A stretch of DNA of 64,000 bases from an uncultured delta proteobacterium (GTDB taxonomy: Bacteria; Desulfobacterota; Binatia; Binatales; Binataceae), in contig CAVQEQ010000001.1 of assembly GCA_963711565.1 (NCBI GenBank), positions 992,001-1,056,000 on the forward strand. Direction: 5' to 3'. Below the pieces are notes generated by a model that did no database searches, was not told the origin of the DNA, and saw nothing but the letters and a program-made list of their open reading frames with translations. The translations under genes were made by a program, and so were the position numbers. Shown here piece by piece: positions 18,967-28,845 of this stretch; the first letter of the stretch is position 1; every line of letters begins with the position of its first letter.

Positions 18967-20508
18967 ATGGCCGCGACTGCAAACAGGACTCCTGTCGATC
19001 TCAATCACCTCCATCCACTGAAGGAACGCAATCAGTACGATCCATGCATCGTGGTGATTTTCGGCGGCGCCGGCGATTTAAGCCATCGCAAGCTGATTCC
19101 CGCGTTGTACAATCTGTCGCTCGACGGCGAATTGCCCGACAAGTTCGCGATCCTCGGGTTCTCGATGGAAGATCTCGACGACGAGAAGTATCGCGCGTTC
19201 GCGCTAAGCGGCATCGAGCAGTTCTCGCGCCGCAAAGTCGAGAAGGAACATTGGGCGAAGTTCGCCCCGATGCTGCATTTCAATCGCGGCTCGTTCACCG
19301 AGGCCGCCGACTATCAGAACCTGCGCCGGCGATGTGAGGCGATCGACGCCGAGCGCGGCACCGAGGGCAATCGCGCCTACTATTTTGCGATTCCGCCGGC
19401 CTTCATCGACACCTGCTCCGAAGGCTTGACCGCGGCGGGCTTGATTCATCCGCACGAGAAGGGGCATCCGTTCACCCGCGTCGTCGTCGAGAAGCCGATC
19501 GGCTCCGATCTCGCCAGCGCGTCGGAGATCAACGCCGAGCTCGCGCGTCATTTCGACGAAGGCCAGATCTTCAGAATCGATCACTACCTCGGCAAGGAAA
19601 CCGTCGAGAACCTGATGGTGTTGCGGTTCGCCAACGCGATCTTCGAGCCGATCTGGACCGCGCGCTTCGTCAACCACGTGCAAATCACAGTCGCCGAGGC
19701 CGAGGGCGTCGGCACGCGCGCCGCTTACTACGATCACGCCGGCGCGCTGCGTGACATGGTGCAGAGCCATCTGCTGCAAACGCTTTGCATGATCGCGACC
19801 GAGCCGCCCAACACCACCGGCGCCGAGTCGATGCGCGACGCCAAGCTCGATGTGCTGCGCGCGCTCCGTCCGCTCGGCGACGAGGACATCGAGAAACGCG
19901 TCGTGCGCGGCCAGTACGGTGAGGGACTGATCGGCGGTGCGGCCGTCAAAGCCTACCGCTCCGAGGAGCACGTCGCGCCGGATTCGCAAATCGAAACCTT
20001 TGTCGCGCTGCGATGCTGGATCGACAACTGGCGATGGGCCGGCGTGCCGTTCTACCTGCGCACCGGCAAGCGCCTGCCCAAGCGCTCGAGCGAAATCGCG
20101 ATCTACTTCAACAGCGTGCCCCGAATCCTGTATAACGCAAATCCACGCGCGCCGCTGGCGCCCAATATGCTGACGATCAGAATTCAACCCGACGAGGGCC
20201 TCGCGCTTCACATCATGTCGAAGGTGCCCGGCTCGGCGACCAAGCTCCAGCAGGTCAAAGTCGATTTCCACTACGTCACTTCAACCCCCGAGGCATACGA
20301 GACGCTCCTCAACGACGTAATCGTCGGCGACCAGACGCTCTTCATGCGACGCGACACTGTCGAGGAAGCATGGAAGTTCGTCCAGCCGATCCTCGACGCA
20401 TGGGAACAATCGCCGATGGATCCGCCAATCTACGCGGCGGGCTCGTGGGGACCGCTCGAGGCGGCCCTGATGATCGCGGCCGACGGCCGCACCTGGCGGA
20501 CGCTGTAG
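18967..20508 (+). CDS. zwf: Glucose-6-phosphate 1-dehydrogenase
   Basis: IFGGAGDLSHRKL, EKP, RIDHYLGKE, RWAGVPFYLRTGK. Confidence 0.96.
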   Translation: MAATANRTPVDLNHLHPLKERNQYDPCIVVIFGGAGDLSHRKLIPALYNLSLDGELPDKFAILGFSMEDLDDEKYRAFALSGIEQFSRRKVEKEHWAKFAPMLHFNRGSFTEAADYQNLRRRCEAIDAERGTEGNRAYYFAIPPAFIDTCSEGLTAAGLIHPHEKGHPFTRVVVEKPIGSDLASASEINAELARHFDEGQIFRIDHYLGKETVENLMVLRFANAIFEPIWTARFVNHVQITVAEAEGVGTRAAYYDHAGALRDMVQSHLLQTLCMIATEPPNTTGAESMRDAKLDVLRALRPLGDEDIEKRVVRGQYGEGLIGGAAVKAYRSEEHVAPDSQIETFVALRCWIDNWRWAGVPFYLRTGKRLPKRSSEIAIYFNSVPRILYNANPRAPLAPNMLTIRIQPDEGLALHIMSKVPGSATKLQQVKVDFHYVTSTPEAYETLLNDVIVGDQTLFMRRDTVEEAWKFVQPILDAWEQSPMDPPIYAAGSWGPLEAALMIAADGRTWRTL

Positions 20509-20531
20509 CAAGGATTTCCCAAGGATTTCCC

Positions 20532-21530
20532 ATGAGCGTCGGCATCACTCTCACGCGTCACATCATGACCAAAAGCGCGGCCTCGATTCCGGTCGCCGAC
20601 CTCGCCCTGATCATGGAGCGCATCGAGCTGATCGCCAAGGGCATCGCGCGCGAGCTCGCTGCGGCGGGCCTCAGCGGCGAGCTGGGCTACACCGGCGAAA
20701 CCAACGTGCAGGGCGAGAAGGTCAAGAAGCTTGACGAGTGGGGCAACCAGGTTTTCCTCGACGCCTTCGAGCACGGCTACCCGGTATGCAGTCTCATTTC
20801 CGAGGAAATGGACGAGCCGCGCCATTACTCAGTCAACTGCCGCGACAATAGCTACTGCATACTCTACGATCCGATCGACGGGTCATCGAACACCGACGTA
20901 AACGGCTCGCTCGGCACTATCTTCGCCGTCAAGAAACGCGCGCCCGGCCACGGCAAAGGTATCGAAGACATCCTCGTGCCGGGAACGCAGCAGATCGTTG
21001 CGGGCTATATTCTATATGGCCCAGCTGCGCAGCTCGTTTATACGGCGGGCGCCGGCGTCGATATCTTCACGCTCGATCGTACTCTCGGCGAGTTCATCCT
21101 GTGGAAAGAGAACGTGAAGATGCCGCCACACGGCACTACCTATGCGGTCAACCAGGCCAATGCGGGCAAGTGGCACGACGGCGCGCGCAAATTCCTCGCG
21201 CATATTACTAGTCGCAAAGATAAGCGGACTAGCTATTCACTTAGATACTGCGGTGCATTCGCCGCCGACTTCCATCGATGCCTGCTCGAGGGCGGAATAT
21301 ATATGTATCCCGGCGAGGTTGCTGAGGGCGGCAAGGCCAAGGGCAAGCTCCGCCTGATGTACGAGCTCGCGCCGCTCTCGATGCTCGCCGAACAGGCGGG
21401 AGGCCGCGGCTCGACCGGCAAGAGTCGAATCCTCGACATCGCCGCAACCGCGATCCACGAACGGCATCCAATTTACATCGGCAGCGCCGAGGAAGTCGCG
21501 CTCGCCGAATCCTTCAAAGTCGAAGGCTGA
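20532..21530 (+). CDS. fbp: Class I fructose-1,6-bisphosphatase
   Basis: NVQGEKVKKLD, SEE, DPIDGSSN, GKLRLMYE. Confidence 0.95.
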   Translation: MSVGITLTRHIMTKSAASIPVADLALIMERIELIAKGIARELAAAGLSGELGYTGETNVQGEKVKKLDEWGNQVFLDAFEHGYPVCSLISEEMDEPRHYSVNCRDNSYCILYDPIDGSSNTDVNGSLGTIFAVKKRAPGHGKGIEDILVPGTQQIVAGYILYGPAAQLVYTAGAGVDIFTLDRTLGEFILWKENVKMPPHGTTYAVNQANAGKWHDGARKFLAHITSRKDKRTSYSLRYCGAFAADFHRCLLEGGIYMYPGEVAEGGKAKGKLRLMYELAPLSMLAEQAGGRGSTGKSRILDIAATAIHERHPIYIGSAEEVALAESFKVEG

Positions 21531-21545
21531 ACCTGGCGAGGTTCT

Positions 21546-22533
21546 ATGGATGGACTCATCCTCAGCCGGCGATGTCGGTGGAACCAAAACCCAGCTCGGG
21601 CTCTTCAAGCACTCCGCGGGAACAATCGAAATTGTGCGCGACCACCGTTATGCGACTGCCGATTTCGCGAGCCTCGAGGCCGTCTGCGCGGATTTCCTTG
21701 GCGCGGGCGCGGCGGTGAATGCCGCCTGCCTCGGCGTGCCCGGCCCAATAATCGACGGTAATGCCCACGCCACCAACGTCCCGTGGCAACTCTCAAGCGC
21801 CTCACTATCGCGCGCGCTGAACGGCGTGCCGGTTCGCTTGCTTAACGATCTGACCGCGATCGCGTACGGCATGGTTCATCTCAAACCGGCGGAGTTCGCC
21901 GTGCTGCATCCCGCGGAGAATCCACCCGTGCACGGCAACATAGCGGTAGTCGCCGCAGGCACCGGTCTGGGCGAATCCGCGCTCGTCTGGGAGGGCGACA
22001 GGTACTACGCGGTCGCGTCCGAGGGCGGCCACAGCGACTTCGCGCCGCACGGCGCCGAACAGATCGAATTGCTGCGATTTCTCACCGGCGAATTCGGACA
22101 CGTCAGCTACGAGCGCGTCCTCTCGGGTCCGGGACTCTGGAATATTTATCGATTCATCCGGCGCGAGAGCGGCGCCGAGGAACCCGCGTGGCTGAGCGAC
22201 GAAATCACCAAGGGCGACCACGCCGCTGCCGTGAGCGAGGCGGCGATTGCGGGACGCGACCCCGTATGCGTTCACGCGCTCACCATGTTTTGCGATATTT
22301 ACGGTTCCGAGGCCGCCAACCTCGCGCTCAAAGTCCTGGCGCTGGGCGGTGTCTATCTTGGCGGAGGCATCGCGCCGAAAATATTGCCGATGCTGATGGG
22401 CGGTGCGTTCGTGAAAGGATTTCTGGCGAAGGGCAGGCTGAACGAAATTTTGAAACGAATCGAAGTCCGCGTCTCGCTGAATCCAGCCGCCGGCCTGCTC
22501 GGCGCAGCCCACGTCGCCGCCGCGATGTTGTGA
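21546..22533 (+). CDS. glk: Glucokinase (apparent +1 frameshift at 21564)
   Basis: GDVGGTKT, LLND, AGTGLGE, SEGGH, YLGGGIAPKI. Removing A21564 gives MDGLILAGDVGGTKT from the ATG at 21546. Confidence 0.9.
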
Positions 22534-22581
22534 TATAGGAATGCAAACCGCATCGACACTCCCGACGGGAGACAGGGGTAT

Positions 22582-23496
22582 ATGACCAAGCGAGTTCGAG
22601 AGATTCTCAGCTATTACGATTCCGACAACGGCAGTGTGCGCAACAATCTGTCGCGGATGCTCAATCATGGCAAGCTCGCGGGCACCGGCAAATTCGTGAT
22701 CCTGCCGGTGGACCAGGGCTTCGAGCATGGCCCCGCGCGCAGTTTCGCGATGAATCCGCCCGCGTACGACCCGCGCTATCACTTTCAACTCGCGATCGAC
22801 GCGGGATGCAACGCGTTCGCGGCGCCGCTTGGTCTGCTCGAGGCGGGAGTCGCCGAGTATGCCGGCGAGATTCCGCTCATCCTGAAGGTAAACAACCACG
22901 ACGTTCTCAACGACGAAAAAGATCCTTCACCCTCGATGACCGCCAGCGTCAAGGATGCTATGCGGCTCGGCGCCTGCGCGGTTGGACTGACGATCTACCC
23001 CGGCTCCGCGCAGGAAAAGTCGATGTATGAAGAGGCGCGCGCGATTGGCGAAGAGGCCAAGGGCAACGGCCTGCCGCTGGTCATCTGGTCGTACCCGCGC
23101 GGCTCCGGCATCAGCAAGCAGGGTGAGACCGCGCTCGACGTGGTCGCGTATGCCGCGCAAATCGCGGCGCAGCTCGGCGCCAATATCATCAAGGTCAAGC
23201 CGCCGACTGCGTTCATCGAACAGGCCGAGGCCAAAAAAGTTTACGACTCCCAGAAGATTCCACTCGAACCGCTCTCGGCGCGCATTGCGCACGTGATGCA
23301 GGCCGCCTTCGCCGGCCGGCGTATCGTGATTTTCTCGGGCGGCGTAAAGGAAACCGACGACTCGCTGCTCAACACCGTCCGCGGTATCCAGGCCGGCGGC
23401 GGCTACGGCTCAATCATCGGCCGCAACAGCTTCCAGCGACCGAAGCCCGAAGCGATCGCACTGCTCACCAAGGTCATCGACATTTACAAAGGCTAA
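22582..23496 (+). CDS. fbaB: Class I fructose-bisphosphate aldolase (DhnA/FbaB type)
   Basis: ILPVDQGFEHGP, WSYPRG, AQLGANIIKVK, IIGRN. Confidence 0.92.
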   Translation: MTKRVREILSYYDSDNGSVRNNLSRMLNHGKLAGTGKFVILPVDQGFEHGPARSFAMNPPAYDPRYHFQLAIDAGCNAFAAPLGLLEAGVAEYAGEIPLILKVNNHDVLNDEKDPSPSMTASVKDAMRLGACAVGLTIYPGSAQEKSMYEEARAIGEEAKGNGLPLVIWSYPRGSGISKQGETALDVVAYAAQIAAQLGANIIKVKPPTAFIEQAEAKKVYDSQKIPLEPLSARIAHVMQAAFAGRRIVIFSGGVKETDDSLLNTVRGIQAGGGYGSIIGRNSFQRPKPEAIALLTKVIDIYKG

Positions 23497-23501
23497 GGCC
23501 T

Positions 23502-23600
23502 AGTGGCGCGGGCCGCCGTGCCCGCGTCCGGCTGCGGCGGGGCGTGCTACTGTTGGCACTGTTCATTTGGCGGAACACGGGCACGGCGGCCCGCGCCACT
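23502..23600. repeat. Inverted pair of REP-like repeats
   Basis: agtggcgcgggccgccgtgcccg (23502-23524) and its reverse complement (23578-23600). Confidence 0.8.
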
Positions 23601-23626
23601 GTGTCATTCGCGAGAGGGTGAAGAAA

Positions 23627-24436
23627 ATGAACTACAGCGAGTACCAGCATCTCCTGTTCGAGCGAAAGGGCGACGGCATCCTGCTCATCACGATCAACCG
23701 TCCCGAGGTACTCAACGCCACCAACAACCGCCTCCACTGGGAGTTGAGCCGCGTCTGGCTCGACATCGCCGACGACGACGAGACCAACGTCATCGTCGTC
23801 ACGGGCGCCGGTCGCGCGTTCTCTGCCGGCGGCGACCTCGAAATGATCCAGGCGATGGCGTCGAGCTCGTTCAACGTCGGCAAGGCATGGAAGGAAGCCG
23901 GCGACATCGTTTACAACATGATCAATCTCGACAAGCCGATCATCTCCGCGATCAACGGCGTCGCCGTCGGCGCGGGATTGGCGGTCGCGTTCATGGCGGA
24001 CATCAGCATCGCGTCCGAGGCGATGCGCATCACGGATGGCCACCTGCGGCTCGGCGTCGCCGCCGGCGATCACGCGGTCATCGTATGGCCGCTGCTGTGC
24101 GGCATGGCCAAGGCGAAGTATTACCTGATGACCGCGGATTTCATCGACGGCAAAGAGGCCGAGCGCATCGGGCTGGTAAGCTTGTGCGTCCCAGCCGACC
24201 GCCTGATGGACAAGGCGATGGAGGTCGCGCGCAAGCTGGCGCGCGGCCCGCAGCAGGCGGTGCGATTCACGAAACGCTCGCTCAACAACTGGCTGCGTGT
24301 CGCCGGCCCGGCCTTCGACGCATCGCTCGCGATGGAGATGATGGGATTCTTCAGCGCCGATTTGAAAGAGGGCGTCGCGGCCCTGCAGGAAAAACGCCAA
24401 CCATCCTTCCCCGGCTTCGCGAAGCTCAAGCCCTAG
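23627..24436 (+). CDS. Enoyl-CoA hydratase/isomerase (crotonase) family protein
   Basis: ITINRPEVLNA, FSAGGDL, KPIISAING. Confidence 0.92.
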   Translation: MNYSEYQHLLFERKGDGILLITINRPEVLNATNNRLHWELSRVWLDIADDDETNVIVVTGAGRAFSAGGDLEMIQAMASSSFNVGKAWKEAGDIVYNMINLDKPIISAINGVAVGAGLAVAFMADISIASEAMRITDGHLRLGVAAGDHAVIVWPLLCGMAKAKYYLMTADFIDGKEAERIGLVSLCVPADRLMDKAMEVARKLARGPQQAVRFTKRSLNNWLRVAGPAFDASLAMEMMGFFSADLKEGVAALQEKRQPSFPGFAKLKP

Positions 24437-24738
24437 GCGGCGACCCGCACCAAGGCGCGCGAACGTGAACGCGGCTTCGGCCTGATCCTGATTTCTACGT
24501 CCTGGTCGAGCGCGGCGAGAAATCTGAGCATCCGGGCGATCGAATACCCGCGCGTTCTTCCGTTCATGAGAGCGCATACCTTGGGTTGATCGATCCCCAG
24601 CACCCGGGCGGCTGCACGCTGGCTCAGATTTCTTTCACGAACGATCGCGATAATGCGGCGCAACAGCTCGGTCTCAACCGACAGCTCGTCGGCGTTCGCG
24701 AAGCCCAGATCCGCAAAGACATTGCCGCTACTCTTCAC
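24433..24738 (-). CDS. HigA-like XRE-family antitoxin
   Basis: SSGNVFADLGF ... LSQRAAARVLGIDQPKV HTH; GTG start overlaps the toxin TGA. Confidence 0.82.
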   Translation of the reverse strand: MKSSGNVFADLGFANADELSVETELLRRIIAIVRERNLSQRAAARVLGIDQPKVCALMNGRTRGYSIARMLRFLAALDQDVEIRIRPKPRSRSRALVRVAA

Positions 24739-25099
24739 CCACTTTTCGGCGCGTGATTTCGGATCGCCCACTTCAATCTCTCCTTGATCAGGTTCACGTG
24801 AGACCGCGTCGTTTCGATTCCCTTCTTCGATTTCTTCTGGAACACATGGAGAACGTACACGGCTTCCTTGAAGCGAACCGTATAAAACCGCTCGATAAGA
24901 TCTCCGATCATAGTCTTCGACAATCTCCAAAATGCCCCCGCCCCCGAAACCCCTAAGTGGCTTCGCTGCCGGATGCTTGTCGCCAGCTTGGGCGAACTGC
25001 AACGCTCGACCGAACTCCCGCTTAACCTTCTTGGGGAAGCTCCGGAAGCGTTTGCGGCGCCCAAATGATCGGCCGCAGCGATGCTAATTCTAGCCTCAC
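24735..25099 (-). pseudogene. RelE/HigB (Gp49-like) toxin pseudogene
   Basis: Pieces in different frames: LRPIIW / FPKKVKREFGRALQFAQAGDKHPAAKPLRGFGGGGILEIVEDY..YRAV / YTVRFKEAVYVLHVFQKKSKKGI; two frameshifts. Confidence 0.8.
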
Positions 25100-25274
25100 C
25101 GTCTTCTTCGAATCAATGGTTCGCGGCATCGTCAGGACTCTTCATGAACCAGGCAACGTCATCTGCATCCCCCCAAAACCCCCGGGGAGGGACTTTCACC
25201 CCCCTTTTGATGCCTCGTGCATTTTGAAATACTGTCCATCGCTCGGAATAACCTTAACCTGAACGGGGAAGAAA

Positions 25275-25598
25275 ATGCTGATCAAGAAACTCGCGCTTGT
25301 GGCTGCCTCCGCCATGCTCCTGACTACCGTTGCGTTTGCCACCAGCGCACGGACTGCCTACGCCGCGGCCAAAGTCGATTGCGACGCCGTAATGAACGAG
25401 GTCAATAGCGGTAAGCATGCCAAGGAAATCGCCTCCGACCTGAACATCTCGACCTCGAGCGTCTATCGCTGCAAGCGTCACGCGAAGGCTGCGGCCAAGG
25501 CCGCGACCAAGTCGCTGCCGTCGGCGGCCTCTTCGGCCGCGATGAGTGCTCCTTCGCCGGCGATGGCGGCGCCCGCGGCGGCTGCCTCTCCGAAGTAA
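25275..25598 (+). CDS. Secreted Ala-rich small protein with HTH-like segment
   Basis: GGGGAAG RBS; signal peptide MLIKKLALVAASAMLL...; C..KEIASDLNISTSSVYRC. Confidence 0.7.
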   Translation: MLIKKLALVAASAMLLTTVAFATSARTAYAAAKVDCDAVMNEVNSGKHAKEIASDLNISTSSVYRCKRHAKAAAKAATKSLPSAASSAAMSAPSPAMAAPAAAASPK

Positions 25599-25680
25599 GG
25601 ACTTAGCATCTCGACGTATCGCGAGCCGTTATGGCTCGCGATGCGTCCTGCTGCGCGCAAATCCGGGTGGCCTGATCGCG

Positions 25681-25974
25681 ATGCCGAAATGCGAACTGTG
25701 CGAGCTGCGTGATTACACGCAGCGCTACGCCGATTTCGTTCATCCGTTCAAATTCTCAATCCTCGATTGCGATTCGTGCGACACGCCGATGGCGGTACTC
25801 GGAGACCATCGCGCGGTGCCCACCCACGAGGAGCGCGCATTCATGATCGAGGCGCTGTCGCTGGTCGCGCGCGCGAAGTATGGCGCCGATAAATTCGGCA
25901 TCGACGACGTGATGCGCCAGATTCCTGACCACTGCCACATGCACGCCCGTCCAATTCGGCGCTGGCAATATTAG
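25681..25974 (+). CDS. Small HIT-like Zn-binding protein
   Basis: CELC, CDSC and C-terminal IPDHCHMH (HxHxH). Confidence 0.65.
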   Translation: MPKCELCELRDYTQRYADFVHPFKFSILDCDSCDTPMAVLGDHRAVPTHEERAFMIEALSLVARAKYGADKFGIDDVMRQIPDHCHMHARPIRRWQY

Positions 25975-26170
25975 CCGCTGCACCGCGCCCTTCTCGCCGA
26001 CCAAACATATTACGGCGCGGTTTCGCGAGTTTTACCCATTTGGTATGCGCCTCATCTTGTGATATATGCCCGCCGTTACGCGCGCTGCTTGGGGAAGCGG
26101 CGTCGCCGGCCAGAGTTGGCCGCAAGTGCGGCCTTTTTTGGCCGGTTCCCTTCAGGAGGTACGGGGGAAG

Positions 26171-26371
26171 ATGGCTAACGGTACTGTCAAGTGGTTCAGC
26201 CCGAAAAAGGGCTACGGCTTCATCACGATGGAGGACGGGCAGGAAGTGTTCGTTCATTATAGCGCCATCGATGGGGCAGGTTTCCGCTCGCTCGAACAGG
26301 GCGAGCGCGTCGAGTTCGAGGTCGCGCAAGGCCCCAAGGGATTGCAGGCCTCAAACGTCGCCAAGGGATAG
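26171..26371 (+). CDS. Cold-shock protein (CspA family)
   Basis: GTVKWF, KGYGFI (RNP1), VFVHYSAI (RNP2), GPKGLQA. Confidence 0.95.
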   Translation: MANGTVKWFSPKKGYGFITMEDGQEVFVHYSAIDGAGFRSLEQGERVEFEVAQGPKGLQASNVAKG

Positions 26372-26487
26372 GGCGCGCGGGGGTTTCGGGGAAAGGGGGG
26401 CTGATTCTCTAGAATGCCGAACTGCGGCGCACGACGCGGGCGTGCCGTGGCGTCGGCGTGCCTGCACGTTTGTGCTATGACGCCAGC

Positions 26488-27435
26488 ATGAATGACGCGG
26501 TTCCGCTCGGCAGCCGGCTTCGATTCGGCACGATGGTCTCCACCTCGAGCCGTGAAGAAGCGACCCGCGGCCTCGAATCGATCTCGCAATGGGGTTACGA
26601 AGTCCTGTGGGCGCCCGACCACGTCGCCTTCACGGGCCCCGTCAGCGATCCGCTTACCACCCTCGCATACCTGTCGGCGCTCGATCCCAAACTCACTTTC
26701 GGAACGAGCGTCTACCTGCTGCCGCTGCGCCATCCTGTCCCCGTCGCCAAAATGGTCGCGACGCTGGATAGGCTGCTGGGCGCCGGCCATTTCATTTTCG
26801 GCGTCGGTGTCGGCGGCGAGTTTCCGCGCGAGTACGAAGCCTGCGGCATACCGCTCCGCGAACGCGGCGGGCGCGCGAGCGAGGCGATCCAGGTGATGAA
26901 GCAGCTCTGGACCGGCGATCGCGTCGAGCATCGCGGCAAATACTTCAGCTTCGGCGAAATCAGCATGCAGCCCCGGCCCAAAACCCCGGGCGGCCCTCCA
27001 GTCTGGATCGGCGGACGCGCCGAAGGTCCGCTCAAACGCGCCGCGCGATTCGGCGACGGATGGATGCCGTACGTCGTCACGCCCAAGCGCTTCGCCGACG
27101 GCCTGGATTTCATCGGGACTGAAGCGGAGCGCGCCTGCCGCTGGCTCGCAACCTTCGGCACCTGCATCCAGATCTTCTGCAGGCTCGGCGAGAGCGTCGA
27201 AGCGGCGCACGCGGTCGCAGCGAAATTTCTGAGCAAAAGATACGCGACCGATATGACCGACGCCGCCATGCGTTACGGCGCGCTGGGCCGCCCCGCCGAC
27301 GTAGCCGCAAAGATAAGCGAGTACATCAAAGCCGGCGCCCGCGACATCGGCATCGACGCCGTCACGCATCCGTCTGAACGCGCCGCGCAGCTCGAACAAT
27401 TCGGCAAGGAAGTAATCCCGCTGCTCAGCCTGTAA
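26488..27435 (+). CDS. LLM-class flavin-dependent oxidoreductase
   Basis: WAPDH, LLPLRHPVPVAKMVATLD, PPVWIGG, AARFGDGW. Confidence 0.9.
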   Translation: MNDAVPLGSRLRFGTMVSTSSREEATRGLESISQWGYEVLWAPDHVAFTGPVSDPLTTLAYLSALDPKLTFGTSVYLLPLRHPVPVAKMVATLDRLLGAGHFIFGVGVGGEFPREYEACGIPLRERGGRASEAIQVMKQLWTGDRVEHRGKYFSFGEISMQPRPKTPGGPPVWIGGRAEGPLKRAARFGDGWMPYVVTPKRFADGLDFIGTEAERACRWLATFGTCIQIFCRLGESVEAAHAVAAKFLSKRYATDMTDAAMRYGALGRPADVAAKISEYIKAGARDIGIDAVTHPSERAAQLEQFGKEVIPLLSL

Positions 27436-27538
27436 GTCAGCATGGAGGGGGGCGCGCGATTCGCGAGATTATCGCGAAATGCTAGCCTGCGTGGCGTCGA
27501 TGGCTGGAGAGTTGTTACAAGGTGGCGGCGCGTCGAGG

Positions 27539-28834
27539 ATGGTCAGGCTTCAGATCATCGTGTTCCTGTTCTCGCTGGCCATATTTCTAATCTCGCCTGT
27601 CGTCCAGGTTTCCGATTCACGATATACCGCGCTGCTCAGCGAGTGCTTGTTGCACCATGGCTCGCCCGAGCTCGACGAATATTACAAAGTGCCGGTGCCG
27701 TGGCTCACCGGACTCGCCCACCGTCCCGATGAAGCGAACGAATACCAGCTGGAAAAGGCGCGCGGCCACGTCACCTACTTTTTTCCACATGGCAGCTCGA
27801 TATTGTCGATGCCGCTGGTCGCCGTGATGAACGCGGCGGGAATATCAGCGGCAACGACCGACGGTCGCCTGAACCTGGCAGGTGAGATCAAAATCGAGCG
27901 CGTGATCGCGTCGCTTCTGATGGCGGCACTGACCTGCGTATTCTTCGCGATGGCAGCAATGATGCTGCCGCTAACGTGGAGCTTCGTAGTCGCGCTCGGC
28001 GCCTCGATGGGATCGCAGATTCTGAGCACAGCGTCGCGCGGACTTTGGTCGCACACATGGGAGCTCTTTCTCTGCGGGTTGATCGCGTTCTCGCTTCTTA
28101 ACGCGGCGCATCGCAAACAGCGCATCCGCCCGGTGTGGCTGGCGACTCTGGTCGCATGGGCCTTTTTCGTACGGCCGACTGGAGCTGCGGCTATAGTCGC
28201 CGTGAGCGGCTACGTCTGGTGGGTTCACCGCAGAGAGTTGATCGCATACGCCGCCGCACTCACGGGATGGCTGGCGGCCTTCGCCGGATACTGGTGGCTG
28301 GTATTCAACACGGTACTTCCATCCTACTTCCTGGCGACCCAGACTAACCCTTCAAGCTTCATCGAGGGCTTCGCGGGCAATCTAATCGGTCCGTCACGCG
28401 GACTCTTTGTATTCGTGCCCTCTACGCTGTTCGCGCTGTACCTGATAGTTCGCTATCGAAAGCACGTGATCCACAGATCGCTTGCGCTTTACGCATTCGT
28501 ACAAATCATCGCGCTCGCGATAATAATAGCCAGGTTCTACCGGGGTCAGGGATACAGCTACGGGCCGCGATACTTCGCCGAGGCAATTCCTTCGTTCGTG
28601 CTGCTGGCGATTTTGGGGTTGGATGCGATGAGACGCGCGAAGGAATCGTCGCCTCACCGGATTGAGATCGCGGCGGCGATTTTTCTGGTCGCGGTGAGCG
28701 TCGCGATGAACGCGCGAGGCGCGTGGTCGTTTGCGGGACTGGATTGGACTCTGGACAGGCAGAGTTCGCTTGATGTCTTCGATTGGCGCTATCCGCAATT
28801 TCTGGCGGGTCTGATCGCGCCGCCGAAGGATTGA
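27539..28834 (+). CDS. Multi-pass membrane protein, GT-C glycosyltransferase-like
   Basis: About 10 TM helices; SRGLWSH, FFVRPT, PSRGLFVF, YGPRYF; somewhat lower GC. Confidence 0.6.
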   Translation: MVRLQIIVFLFSLAIFLISPVVQVSDSRYTALLSECLLHHGSPELDEYYKVPVPWLTGLAHRPDEANEYQLEKARGHVTYFFPHGSSILSMPLVAVMNAAGISAATTDGRLNLAGEIKIERVIASLLMAALTCVFFAMAAMMLPLTWSFVVALGASMGSQILSTASRGLWSHTWELFLCGLIAFSLLNAAHRKQRIRPVWLATLVAWAFFVRPTGAAAIVAVSGYVWWVHRRELIAYAAALTGWLAAFAGYWWLVFNTVLPSYFLATQTNPSSFIEGFAGNLIGPSRGLFVFVPSTLFALYLIVRYRKHVIHRSLALYAFVQIIALAIIIARFYRGQGYSYGPRYFAEAIPSFVLLAILGLDAMRRAKESSPHRIEIAAAIFLVAVSVAMNARGAWSFAGLDWTLDRQSSLDVFDWRYPQFLAGLIAPPKD

Positions 28835-28845
28835 AGCGTTCCCCG

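Noticed and set aside
20509-20530. 11-bp tandem duplication caaggatttcc before fbp
   Set aside because: Only two units; probably a neutral slippage event
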